Source: Silanimonas sp. (lineage in GTDB: Bacteria > Pseudomonadota > Gammaproteobacteria > Xanthomonadales > Xanthomonadaceae). From it: a stretch of 64,000 nucleotides of DNA. Where the stretch lies: assembly GCF_027531545.1 (NCBI RefSeq), contig NZ_JAPZSC010000058.1:4296-68295 (forward strand), written 5' to 3'. Both the position numbers and the translations under genes were made by a program. This document shows positions 14,302 through 29,458 of this stretch, one piece after another (within the stretch, counting starts at the first letter, position 1; the number at the start of each line of letters is the position of its first letter). The notes below the pieces were generated by a model. The model had not been told where the DNA came from, did no database searches, and saw nothing but the letters and a program-made list of their open reading frames with translations.

Positions 14302-16016
14302 CGGCATCGCCGACCCTGCGCCGCCGCGCCGTCCCGGCCGTCGGCGACTGGCCGTCCCACGTGCCGCCGCTGCTGCAGCGGCTGTACGCCGCGCGGGGCA
14401 TCGCTTCCGCCGAACAGGCCGAACTGAAGCTGGCGAAGCTGTTGGCCCCGCAGCAGTTGGGCGGCATCGACGCCGCTGTCGATCTTCTGCATGGCGCGCT
14501 GCGTCGCGATGCCCACCTCGTCGTGGTCGGCGATTTCGACTGCGACGGCGCGACCGGCACGGCGGTGGCGGTGCGCGGCCTGCGCCTGCTCGGCGCGACG
14601 CGGGTGTCCTACCGCGTGCCGCACCGCATCGCCCACGGCTACGGCCTGTCGCCGGCCCTGGTCGAGGAGGAGCTGGCGCCGATCGCGCCGGACCTCGTCA
14701 TCACCGTCGACTCCGGCATCGCCTGCCTGCCCGGCGTGGCGGCGGCGAAGGCGCGCGGCTGGCAGGTGCTGGTGACCGACCACCATCTGCCGGGCGACGC
14801 CCTCCCGGCGGCGGATGCCATCGTCAATCCGAACCTGCGCGGTGACGGCTTCCCCAGCAAGGCGCTGGCCGGCGTCGGCGTGGTGTTCTACCTGCTGCTG
14901 GCGCTGCGCGCGCGGCTCCGCGAACGCGGTGAAGCCGGCGCAGACGCGGATCTTTCCAGCCTTCTCGACCTCGTGGCCGTTGGCACGGTGGCCGATCTCG
15001 TGCAGCTCGACGACAACAACCGCCTGCTGGTCGCCGCGGGCCTCAAGCGCCTGCGCGAAGGCCGCGGACAGCCGGGCGTGCTGGCCTTGGCCGAGGTCGC
15101 CCAGCGCCGTCTGCCGGTGCTGACGGCGACGGACATCGGGTTCGGGATCGGGCCGCGCATCAATGCCGCGGGCCGGCTCGAGGACATGACGCTCGGCATC
15201 GAGTGCCTGCTCACCGACGACGCCGAACGCGCGATGCAGCTCGCGAAGCAGCTCGACGCCATCAACGCCGAGCGCCGCGAGCTTCAGCAGCAGATGGTGG
15301 ACGATGCCGAAGCCGCGGCCCTGGCGCTGCCGCTGCCCGAGGGCGGGCATGATGCGTACTGCCTGCGCGACGAGAGCTGGCATCCCGGTGTGGTCGGTCT
15401 GGTGGCCTCGAAGCTCAAGGAAAAGCTGCACCGCCCGGTGATCGCCTTCGCGCCTGCCGATGCGGGTTCGACGACCCTGCGCGGCTCCGCCCGCTCCATT
15501 CCCGGCGTGCATGTGCGCGACGCGCTGGCGGATGTCGATGCTCTGCATCCCGGGCTCATCCTCCGCTATGGCGGCCACGCGATGGCGGCCGGCCTGAGCC
15601 TCGACGCCGCGAACTTCGACACGTTCCGTCACGCCTTCGAGGCTGCTGTGGCACGCCGGCTCACCGATGAGCTGCGCGAGGCCGAGCTGTGGTCCGACGG
15701 CGAGCTCGCGCCGCAGGAATTGAACCGGCCGACCGCGGAAGCGCTGCGCCTGGCCGGGCCGTGGGGGCAGGGCTTCCCCGAGCCGCTGTTCGACGGCGAG
15801 TTCGAAGTGCGCTCATGGAAAGTCCTGGCCGAGCGCCATCTCAAGTTCGAACTCGGCATGCCGGGCCGCCTCGGCCCGGTCAACGCCATCCACTTCGGGG
15901 GCGCCGCCCTCGGCGCACCGCCGGCTCGCGTGCGCCTGGCCTTTGGCCTCGACCTCGACGATTTCCGCGGTCGGCGCGACGTGCAGCTCCTCGTCCGGCA
16001 CTGGTGGGTGGCCTGA
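14298..16016 (+). CDS. recJ: ssDNA exonuclease RecJ
   Basis: GDFDCDG, TVDSG, TDHH, GGHAMAAG DHH-family motifs. Confidence 0.97.
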   Translation: MTASPTLRRRAVPAVGDWPSHVPPLLQRLYAARGIASAEQAELKLAKLLAPQQLGGIDAAVDLLHGALRRDAHLVVVGDFDCDGATGTAVAVRGLRLLGATRVSYRVPHRIAHGYGLSPALVEEELAPIAPDLVITVDSGIACLPGVAAAKARGWQVLVTDHHLPGDALPAADAIVNPNLRGDGFPSKALAGVGVVFYLLLALRARLRERGEAGADADLSSLLDLVAVGTVADLVQLDDNNRLLVAAGLKRLREGRGQPGVLALAEVAQRRLPVLTATDIGFGIGPRINAAGRLEDMTLGIECLLTDDAERAMQLAKQLDAINAERRELQQQMVDDAEAAALALPLPEGGHDAYCLRDESWHPGVVGLVASKLKEKLHRPVIAFAPADAGSTTLRGSARSIPGVHVRDALADVDALHPGLILRYGGHAMAAGLSLDAANFDTFRHAFEAAVARRLTDELREAELWSDGELAPQELNRPTAEALRLAGPWGQGFPEPLFDGEFEVRSWKVLAERHLKFELGMPGRLGPVNAIHFGGAALGAPPARVRLAFGLDLDDFRGRRDVQLLVRHWWVA

Positions 16017-16077
16017 GCCCGGGCTCGCCGCGCGGCCTGATAAACTCCGCGGTCTTTCACGAACACGAGAACGCGCC

Positions 16078-17203
16078 ATGGAGACCAATCCCGTGCGCCA
16101 GCGCATCGCCGACCTCAAGGGCCGGCTGGATGTGCTGAGGGGGTACCTTTGACTACGACCAGAAGGTCGAACGTCTAGAGGAAGTCAGCCGCGAGCTGGA
16201 AAGCCCGACGATCTGGAACGAGCCCGAGAAGGCGCAGGGCCTCGGCCGCGAGCGCGCGGCGCTCGAGAAGGTCGTGCATGGCCTGAAGACGCTCGACGAG
16301 GGCTTCACCGGCGCGCTCGAGCTGCTCGAACTCGCCGAGATGGAGAGCGACGAGGACACCTTCCACGCGGTCGTCGCCGATGTCGATGCCGCCCAGGTGC
16401 ACCTGGAGAAGCTCGAGTTCCAGCGGATGTTCAGCGGCAAGATGGATGCGGCGAGCGCGTTCGTCGACATCCAGGCCGGTGCCGGCGGCACCGAGGCGCA
16501 GGACTGGGCCGAGATCCTGCTGCGCATGTACCTGCGCTGGTGCGAATCGCGCGGCTGGAAGACCGAGCTGATGGAAGTCAGCGGCGGCGACGTGGCCGGC
16601 ATCAAGTCGGCGACGGTGCGCATCGAGGGCGACTACGCCTACGGCTGGCTCAAGACCGAGACGGGCGTGCACCGCCTCGTGCGCAAGTCGCCGTTCGACT
16701 CCGACAACCGCCGGCATACCAGCTTCACCTCGGTGTTCGTCTCGCCGGAAGTCGACGACAACATCGACATCACGATCAACCCCGCCGACCTCAAGACCGA
16801 CGTCTACCGCTCCTCGGGCGCCGGCGGCCAGCACGTGAACAAGACCGAATCGGCGGTGCGCATCACGCACGTGCCGACCGGCATCGTCGTGGCCTGCCAG
16901 AACGGCCGCAGCCAGCACCAGAACCGCGACACCGCGATGAAGATGCTCGCCGCGAAGCTGTACGAGCTCGAGATCCAGAAGCGCAACGCCGAGAAGGACG
17001 CCGTCGAGGCGACCAAGTCCGACATCGGCTGGGGCAGCCAGATCCGCAACTACGTGCTCGACCAGAGCCGCATCAAGGACCTGCGCACCGGCATCGAGCG
17101 TTCCGACACGCAGAAAGTGCTCGACGGCGACCTCGACGAATTCGTCGAGGCGAGCCTGAAGGCCGGCCTCGAGGTCGGCGCCAAACGGAGCGATGCGGCC
17201 TGA
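16078..17203 (+). CDS. prfB: Peptide chain release factor 2, with programmed +1 frameshift
   Basis: METNPV...LRGYL then CTT TGA C at 16147-16153; the +1 frame continues DYDQKVE... with SPF and GGQ motifs. Confidence 0.98.
16138..16153 (+). promoter_or_regulatory. prfB autoregulatory frameshift site
   Basis: Internal SD AGGGGG (16138-16143), 3-nt spacer, CTT-TGA-C. Confidence 0.95.
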
Positions 17204-17283
17204 CCGCATCGCCCTCGCGGCCCTCGGCGTTTGCCGACGCATTGCTTCCTTCCTGCACCCAACCTCATCCGCCTGACGCCCCC

Positions 17284-18816
<1,533 letters not shown>

Positions 18817-18840
18817 GACTCGTCGGGAAACGCAAGAAAA

Positions 18841-18921
18841 TGTGATATGCGCCACAGAAGTGTGGGGCGCCTCACGTTTTTTCACATCCGTTGACGAAGC
18901 TGGTGTGTGACGCAGTTCGCA
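18841..18921 (+). promoter_or_regulatory. Three CRP/Clp-like boxes upstream of the secreted protein gene
   Basis: TGTGA-TATGCG-CCACA (18841-18856), TGTGG-GGCGCC-TCACG (18861-18876), TGTGA-CGCAGT-TCGCA (18906-18921) versus consensus TGTGA-N6-TCACA. Confidence 0.6.
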
Positions 18922-18959
18922 CTGCTAGAGTCCAAGGCCTGCTGACTGCCTAGACGTGC

Positions 18960-21158
18960 ATGCCGACGACCGCCCGCGCCCCCGAGCGCCGTGTCCTGCC
19001 CGCCCGCCCGCGAGTGGCGTGGGCCGCCTCTTCCCTCCTCATCACCCTCGTTGCGACGGTTGCGGGCCCCCTTGCCGCCGCGGTGCAGACCGTCGCCGAC
19101 CGCTTCGTCGTCACCGAGAACTCGGCCGCGCTGAGCCTGCGGGTGCTCGCCAACGACCGCATTCCCGCGGCGGAGCTCGTGGATGGGACCCTGACCATAC
19201 TCCGCGCGCCGGTGCTGGGCTCCGCATCGATCAATGGCTCGGGTACGACGGGCACCGTGGCGGACGACGTTCTCGTCTACCAGCCGACCGCCGACCGCAG
19301 CGGCGAGGATTCACTGCGCTATCGGGTCTGTGGTGGCGGTGCCTGCGCCGAGGGCGAGGTCGCGATCGTCGTCCGTCCCATCGCCGAATCGATCACCCTA
19401 GCCGTGACCTCGGGCAGCGGCTACCAGGACCTCGGTGCGGCCAATGTCCGCGCCCTGCCATCGGCGCGTTTCGTCGCCAGCCCGCTGGTGGAGGCCCAGG
19501 TCTCGGAATACCCGCTCGCGGTCGACCCGACGCCATGGTTGCCCTTCGCTGGCAACGCGGAACTGTCGCTGCGGGTGCTGCCATCGGCGCCGACGGCCCG
19601 CGACTGGCGCGTGCTGGTCGATGCTCGCTCGCTCTCGTCCGGCAACGTCGACGTTTACCTCGGCATTGACAGCAATCGCGACGGGCGGGCCTCCGCGAAC
19701 GAACTGCGCTGTTCGGCCGGCATGTCGGCCACGGCGGAACGCTGCGAAATGGCCGTCACGGTGCCGAACTGCGGAAACGTGATGTATTGGATGCTGGTGG
19801 TGAACGCGGGCAGCGTCGCGCACACCGCACGCGTCGAGACCTTCGAGGTGCCGATGGATGCCGGTGACGGCAGTCTGGTCGCGACCGGGCCGGGCAACAT
19901 CGCCGCTCGTGCCGCGTTCCCGCTGCGCATGGGCTGGAACGCGCCCGGCCTTGCCGACACGCAGAGCCGCGTGGGCTACGTCTCCGTGCAGTCGGCGGCG
20001 GGCGTGACGGTCGGAAGCGTGCCGGTGCGCGTCAACCGTGCCGGCCGCGTCGAGAACGGGATCGCCTTGGCCAGCGGCGAAGAGCGGGCGTTCCGCCTGC
20101 CGGCGGGAGCCGCGCAGGATCGTCTCTTCATCGACGTCCCGGCGGGGGCGAGCAGTCTGTCCGTGACCGCGCGCGCCAGCGAAGGTGTCGACCTGTATCT
20201 GGCGCGCGTGCCGGCGCCCGTCGCTAACGTGGCCATTCCCACCATCGCCGCCGCACCGGCGCGCAGCGCCGCGAACGCTGCGTCGAGTGCGTCGGCCCCG
20301 ATGCAGACCCTGACGGTCAGCGGTGCTGCCCTGTCACCGGGACGCTGGTACATCGTCCCGACCAATCCTTCGGCGCGCATCGGCGAGGTCGCCGTGCGGG
20401 CCACGGTGGCTGGCACCGCACCGGTCGTGCGCCCGGGCGGCTACTTCAACACCGGTCGTCCGGGGCACGGCCTGTTCCTTTACCCCGCGGGTGCCGAGTG
20501 GGCGGGGCTTTGGTACACCTACCTGCAGGACGGCAGTTCGACCTGGTACTACCTGCAGGGACGGGCGCCGGGCGCGAACGGGCAGTGGCGCGGCACGGTC
20601 TATCGCAGCGCGTGGGACGGTTCACGCAACACGCTGTCCGCGGTCGGCGAAGCCGTGACCACGCCGACGGGCGCCGACGCCTTCACCTTCAGCTACCGCC
20701 TCGATGGGCAGGCGGGTAGCGAGGCCTTCTCCAGCTTCGGCCGCGGCTGCCCCAGCCTCAATGGCGCGCCGGTGAACGCCAGCGGCCACTGGTTCGATCC
20801 GGCGCGTGCAGGCACGGGCTACAGCGTGCAGATGTTCCCGAACTACGAGTTCTACGCCGCCTTCGTGTACGACGCCGCGGGCGTGCCGCGCTTCCTCACC
20901 GCGGAGCGCTCCGGTTTTGGCGGCGCGAGCGCCAGCGTGCCGCTTGAACAGCTCACCGGGTTCTGCCCGCTGTGCGCGCGGACCGCAGCCCCGACGCGTC
21001 GCGCGGCAGGAACGCTCCAACGCTCTTACGCTAGCGGGGGCCTGTCGATCATGACCGTCGACGCCACCTATGCGGCGGGCGTCAGCGGCCGTTGGAGTGG
21101 CACCGACAGCGTGCAGGCACTGGGTGGCAGCACGTCGCTGCAGGGCTGCACGCTCTGA
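18960..21158 (+). CDS. Secreted multidomain beta protein (Ig/cadherin-like, PPC-like and two C-terminal repeats), no catalytic domain recognised
   Basis: Signal-like N-terminus; VADRFVVTENS...LANDR...VLVYQP...GEDSLRYRVC (Ig/cadherin-like); FIDVPAGASSLSV...VDLYLAR (PPC-like); repeats GGYFNTGRPGHG / GHWFDPARAGTG. Confidence 0.75.
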   Translation: MPTTARAPERRVLPARPRVAWAASSLLITLVATVAGPLAAAVQTVADRFVVTENSAALSLRVLANDRIPAAELVDGTLTILRAPVLGSASINGSGTTGTVADDVLVYQPTADRSGEDSLRYRVCGGGACAEGEVAIVVRPIAESITLAVTSGSGYQDLGAANVRALPSARFVASPLVEAQVSEYPLAVDPTPWLPFAGNAELSLRVLPSAPTARDWRVLVDARSLSSGNVDVYLGIDSNRDGRASANELRCSAGMSATAERCEMAVTVPNCGNVMYWMLVVNAGSVAHTARVETFEVPMDAGDGSLVATGPGNIAARAAFPLRMGWNAPGLADTQSRVGYVSVQSAAGVTVGSVPVRVNRAGRVENGIALASGEERAFRLPAGAAQDRLFIDVPAGASSLSVTARASEGVDLYLARVPAPVANVAIPTIAAAPARSAANAASSASAPMQTLTVSGAALSPGRWYIVPTNPSARIGEVAVRATVAGTAPVVRPGGYFNTGRPGHGLFLYPAGAEWAGLWYTYLQDGSSTWYYLQGRAPGANGQWRGTVYRSAWDGSRNTLSAVGEAVTTPTGADAFTFSYRLDGQAGSEAFSSFGRGCPSLNGAPVNASGHWFDPARAGTGYSVQMFPNYEFYAAFVYDAAGVPRFLTAERSGFGGASASVPLEQLTGFCPLCARTAAPTRRAAGTLQRSYASGGLSIMTVDATYAAGVSGRWSGTDSVQALGGSTSLQGCTL

Positions 21159-21207
21159 CGGTCGAGGGGCACGGGGGCGCGCCGAGGCGCGCCCGGCGGG
21201 CTGGGGA

Positions 21208-22449
21208 TCAGCGCAGCCAGTGGCTGATCGGCGCAGGTCGGCCGAAGAGATAGCCCTGCGCGTGGTCGCAGCCGGCCTCGAGCACGGCGCCGAGCATCGC
21301 TTCCGTTTCCACGCCTTCGGCCACAGCCCGCATGTCGAGGCGGTGGGCCATGCCGGAGATCGCCTCCAGCAGTGCGCGCGTGCGCGGATTGGCGGCATCG
21401 GCGACGAAGCTCTGGTCGATCTTGAGGATGGCGGCCGGCAGGTGGCGCAGGTAGCCCAACGAGGAATAGCCCTGCCCGAAGTCGTCGATGGCGAGGCGCA
21501 CGCCCTCGGTGGCGAGGCGCTGCAGGGCGCTGGCGTTGCGTCCGACGTCGTGCAGCACGGCCGTCTCGGTCACCTCGATCATCAGGCTGTGCGGCGGCAG
21601 TTCCCAGATCGCCAGGGCGGCAAGGACCTGCTCGCAGAGTGCGGGATTGTCGAAAGCGCGGGCCGACAGGTTGATGGCGCAGTAGAGCTCCGGATGGCGG
21701 CGCTGCAGGGGCACGAACTCGCGCAGCGCGACCTGCAGCGTCCAGCGCGTGAGTTCCTCGGCGAGGCCGGCGTCCTCGGCCATGGGAATGAAGACCGAGG
21801 GTGCGACCTCGTTGCCATCGCCGCGGCGCCAGCGCGCGAGCGCTTCGTAGCCCACGACACGCTGCTCGGGCAGGGTGACGATGGGCTGGTAAACGAGGTC
21901 GAGCGCGTTGCGCGACAGCGCATCGCGGAGCTCGGTGACCATCGCGTCCTGGGTGTACTCGCGGGCGATGGCGATGGTTTCGCCCTCGCGCACCGCGTGC
22001 ACGACGGCGGCGCTCGCACGCTGCTGTAGCGAGGTCGGGGATTCCCCTGGTTCGGTGGCGAGCGCAGCCCCCACCGTCGGCATCAGGTGCAGGTGGCGGC
22101 CACCGGCCACGATCGGCGATTCCAGTTCACGAAGGATGCGCTGGGCCGCCAGCTCGGCGTGGCCGAGGCCGAGGAGTCGCGGCAGGAGCACGTAGAAATC
22201 GCCGTGTCCGCTGCGCAGCAGGTGGTCGCCCGGGCGGAGCGCGGCGACGATGCGGGCTTCGGCTTCGTCGAACGCCAATTCCGTCAGCGGCTGCCCGTGG
22301 GCGGCGGTCAGTGCCAGCCGCTGCCGGAAGTGAACCTGCAGCAGGGCGAGGCTGGCGTTCGGCGAGGCGGACTTGAGGAGCTGCGCCGCGGACGCTTCGT
22401 ACGCCGGCCAGCCCGCCGGGGTGTCAGAGGAAGAACTCGGCGAGATCAA
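21208..22449 (-). CDS. Degenerate-GGDEF + EAL c-di-GMP phosphodiesterase
   Basis: RSGHGDF replaces GGDEF; intact EALARW, AINLS, IEVTE, DDFGQGYSS, KID, AEGVE, QGY; TTG start with GGAG SD 9 nt upstream. Confidence 0.88.
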   Translation of the reverse strand: MISPSSSSDTPAGWPAYEASAAQLLKSASPNASLALLQVHFRQRLALTAAHGQPLTELAFDEAEARIVAALRPGDHLLRSGHGDFYVLLPRLLGLGHAELAAQRILRELESPIVAGGRHLHLMPTVGAALATEPGESPTSLQQRASAAVVHAVREGETIAIAREYTQDAMVTELRDALSRNALDLVYQPIVTLPEQRVVGYEALARWRRGDGNEVAPSVFIPMAEDAGLAEELTRWTLQVALREFVPLQRRHPELYCAINLSARAFDNPALCEQVLAALAIWELPPHSLMIEVTETAVLHDVGRNASALQRLATEGVRLAIDDFGQGYSSLGYLRHLPAAILKIDQSFVADAANPRTRALLEAISGMAHRLDMRAVAEGVETEAMLGAVLEAGCDHAQGYLFGRPAPISHWLR

Positions 22450-23653
22450 GACCGTAGGCTCCCGGCTGCAGCGCGCGGTGGATGGTGAGCCGCGGGCCGT
22501 CCGCCTCGGGCTGCTGCCAGAGGTCGACCTGTCGGAAGGCGGGGTTGAAGGTCTTGTCCGGGCGCGTCAGCACGGTGACCTTGGGCAGCAGCCGGCGCGC
22601 GCTGTTCTGCGCGGTGATGACGGCGACTTCGCCGCTGCTCAACTCGACCAGCGATCCGGTCGGGTATACGCCGATGCTTTGGCTGAACTGCTCGATCAGC
22701 TCGGCCTGGAACAGGCGGTCGCGTTCGCGATAAAGGGCCTGCAGCACGTGGTGGCGGGCGGACGCCGGCTGGTAGACGCGAGCGCTGCTCATTGCGTCGA
22801 AGCTGTCGACGATGCCGAGCATCCGCGCTTCGAGCGGGATCTCGAAACCGCGGCGCCCGGCGGGATAGCCGCTGCCATCGTGGCGTTCGTGGTGGTGGGC
22901 CACGGCGCTGCGGATAAGCGGCGTCGTGCCCGGCGTGCCGTCGAGCTGCGCGAGGCTGGCCTCGACATGGCGCTTCATCGCCTCGCGCTGTGCATCGGAG
23001 AGCGGCGCCGCATGGTTCACCGTGCCCTCGGGCAGGGAGCCCATGCCGAGATCCATCAGCATGCCCGCACTGGCGAGCTCGACCAGCACGCTGCCCGGGA
23101 AACCGAGCTGGCGGCCGAAGGCCGACATCAGCGCCGCACAGTTCACCGCGTGGCTGTAGGCGTAGGGGTCGCGCTCCTTCAGGCTGGCGAGCCAGAAGTA
23201 CGCGTCCGGATTGCGGATGACGCTGGCGACGACCGGTTCGACCGCGGTGCTGATCTCTTCGATCGACAGCTTGCGGCCCTCGCGCAGGTCGGCGGTCAGG
23301 CGCCGCGACAGTTTCTGCGCTTCGTTCGCCGCGAACTTGATGCGCGGGAGCTCTTCCTCGAGGCTGGCACTGATCCGGTACTGCGTCGGTGCGCCCACGT
23401 GGCGCAGGCCGCTGCCGCCGCCGCCCACGTCCAGGCTCATCAGCACGGCTTCCGGCGTGCCATCGACGCTGCGGATGCGGTCGATGAACACGTAGTCGGC
23501 GTGCTGGCGGACGGCAATGATGTCGTCCACGGTGCGAACCATCACGCCCTGCAGCGGGAACGCCGTGGTGTCCCACGAGCGACCCTCAAGCCGGCACACG
23601 AACATGCCGGGCTGCAGTTCGTTGACGTTGAGCCGAACCTCCTCGACAGCCAT
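22424..23653 (-). CDS. DUF3391-like + HD-GYP domain protein with degenerate HD (MD)
   Basis: ELQPGMFV N-terminus; HAVN...LMDLGM...HHERHDGSGYP...IVDSFDAM; no REC domain. Confidence 0.88.
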   Translation of the reverse strand: MAVEEVRLNVNELQPGMFVCRLEGRSWDTTAFPLQGVMVRTVDDIIAVRQHADYVFIDRIRSVDGTPEAVLMSLDVGGGGSGLRHVGAPTQYRISASLEEELPRIKFAANEAQKLSRRLTADLREGRKLSIEEISTAVEPVVASVIRNPDAYFWLASLKERDPYAYSHAVNCAALMSAFGRQLGFPGSVLVELASAGMLMDLGMGSLPEGTVNHAAPLSDAQREAMKRHVEASLAQLDGTPGTTPLIRSAVAHHHERHDGSGYPAGRRGFEIPLEARMLGIVDSFDAMSSARVYQPASARHHVLQALYRERDRLFQAELIEQFSQSIGVYPTGSLVELSSGEVAVITAQNSARRLLPKVTVLTRPDKTFNPAFRQVDLWQQPEADGPRLTIHRALQPGAYGLDLAEFFL

Positions 23654-23662
23654 CGCTTGGGG

Positions 23663-25348
<1,686 letters not shown>

Positions 25349-25508
25349 CGACAACACCCCTATCGCGTGGACCGCCCGACACGCCAGTGCGGCGCCGTAC
25401 GGAATTTCGAGTATTCGCTCGATTGCAGCACAGGGGGCGATATCGGGCAAGCCGCGAGCGCGCTGTTTCTTCGCTTCGTCGTGGCGAAAGGGGCGTGGTC
25501 TTCTCGCC

Positions 25509-25928
25509 GTGCTGACATGGCTCGTCCTCATGGCCCTCACCGGCTGCGCGGATCCGCCGGATGAGGCCGCGCTCCGGGCCCGGATCACCAGCCTGCAGGA
25601 GGCGGTCGAAGCCCGCGATTCGGGAGCCTTGCTGGAGGCCGTCGATCCGGAGTTCGGCGGGCCCGACGGCATGGACCGGGACGGCCTGCGCCGCTACGCG
25701 ACCTTGATGCTGCTGCGGCAGCAGAACGTCGGCGTCGCGATCGGGCCGGTCGACGTCGAACTCCGCGGCGACCGCGCCGCGGCCCGCTTCGATGCCGTCG
25801 TGACCGGCAGCAACCGCTTCGTTCCCGAGGGCGTCGAGGCCCGGCGGGTGGAGACGGTCTGGCGTTTGGAGGGAGATGACTGGGTGCTGGTGAGCGCTGA
25901 CTGGTCCAAGCCGGCCTTGGCGAAGTAG
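25509..25928 (+). CDS. NTF2/SnoaL-fold lipoprotein; start uncertain
   Basis: Lipobox LTGC; W[14 protein letters not shown] C-terminus typical of NTF2-like folds; ORF open from 25341. Confidence 0.7.
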   Translation: MLTWLVLMALTGCADPPDEAALRARITSLQEAVEARDSGALLEAVDPEFGGPDGMDRDGLRRYATLMLLRQQNVGVAIGPVDVELRGDRAAARFDAVVTGSNRFVPEGVEARRVETVWRLEGDDWVLVSADWSKPALAK

Positions 25929-25976
25929 CGCGCCCGCACGGCGCGGCATCACCGCCCATTGCGCCGCCGCAACGAG

Positions 25977-26040
25977 GAAGGCCGCCCGGAGGCGGCCTTC
26001 GGTGGATCAAGGAACGCCCGCGCGAACGCGGCGTTCCTTG
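25977..26040. terminator. Tandem hairpins between the convergent lipoprotein gene and acnA
   Basis: GAAGGCCGCC-CGGA-GGCGGCCTTC (25977-26000) and CAAGGAACGCCCGCG-CGAA-CGCGGCGTTCCTTG (26008-26040, one bulge). Confidence 0.65.
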
Positions 26041-26047
26041 GCTTCGA

Positions 26048-28729
<2,682 letters not shown>

Positions 28730-28837
28730 GGATGGCTCCAGGCTGGTGGTGCGGCGAGAGGGTCCGATCGCACCGCCTCACGGCGGGGCGCTGGCAGGCG
28801 TGAATTATGCCGGAAGCGATCCCGTTCCGGGGCGGCT

Positions 28838-29458
28838 TCAATCGAGCGGCGACAGCAACTGGTGGGCCGCCTCGGTCATGGCCCGGCGGCGGAGCAGGAA
28901 GTCCAACCGGCTGCCCCCCATCTGGCGCCAGAGCACCGCGGCGCGAAGACCGCAGAGAAGCAAGGCGCGGACTTCGGCCACGATCGGCGGCTGGCCGAGG
29001 TAGACCGGGTTGCCCTGCACCAGCACGCGCTGGCCGATCGGACTCACCTGCTCGGCATAGAGGTCGCCGAGCCGGTTGATCACCGTCGGGTGCATCGGGC
29101 CGAGGTGCTGGCGCTGCCGTTCGACATCGCGCAGCGTCGATTGGACGCGCTCGCCGGCGGTCGGGTGGCGCACGAAGCTGCGTTCCAGGGCGAGAAGGGT
29201 CAGGCCCATGCGGCCGACGGCGGGATCCTTCGGTCCATGCCCGAGCAGGGCGAGGAGCTCCCGAAGGCCGCGATCAAGGCCGCGGCCCAGCGTCTCGGTG
29301 CCGCCATAGATCGTCTCGGCGTCCTCGGCCTCGAAGCGGAACAGGCTGTCGAAAAGGACCGATTCCGGGTGCTGCTCGGTCTGGCCCAAGGAGGCCAACT
29401 GCTGGACGAGCTTCAGGGATTGCGCCAGAGCGGCGAGGGCGATGACGCGTTCGATCAT
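28838..29458 (-). CDS. hflD: High frequency lysogenization protein HflD
   Basis: [10 protein letters not shown]..., [30 protein letters not shown]; overlaps mnmA. Confidence 0.92.
   Translation of the reverse strand: MIERVIALAALAQSLKLVQQLASLGQTEQHPESVLFDSLFRFEAEDAETIYGGTETLGRGLDRGLRELLALLGHGPKDPAVGRMGLTLLALERSFVRHPTAGERVQSTLRDVERQRQHLGPMHPTVINRLGDLYAEQVSPIGQRVLVQGNPVYLGQPPIVAEVRALLLCGLRAAVLWRQMGGSRLDFLLRRRAMTEAAHQLLSPLD

Noticed and set aside
22424-23653. Calling the HD-GYP gene rpfG
   Set aside because: No receiver domain, opposite orientation to Xanthomonas rpfG, degenerate HD
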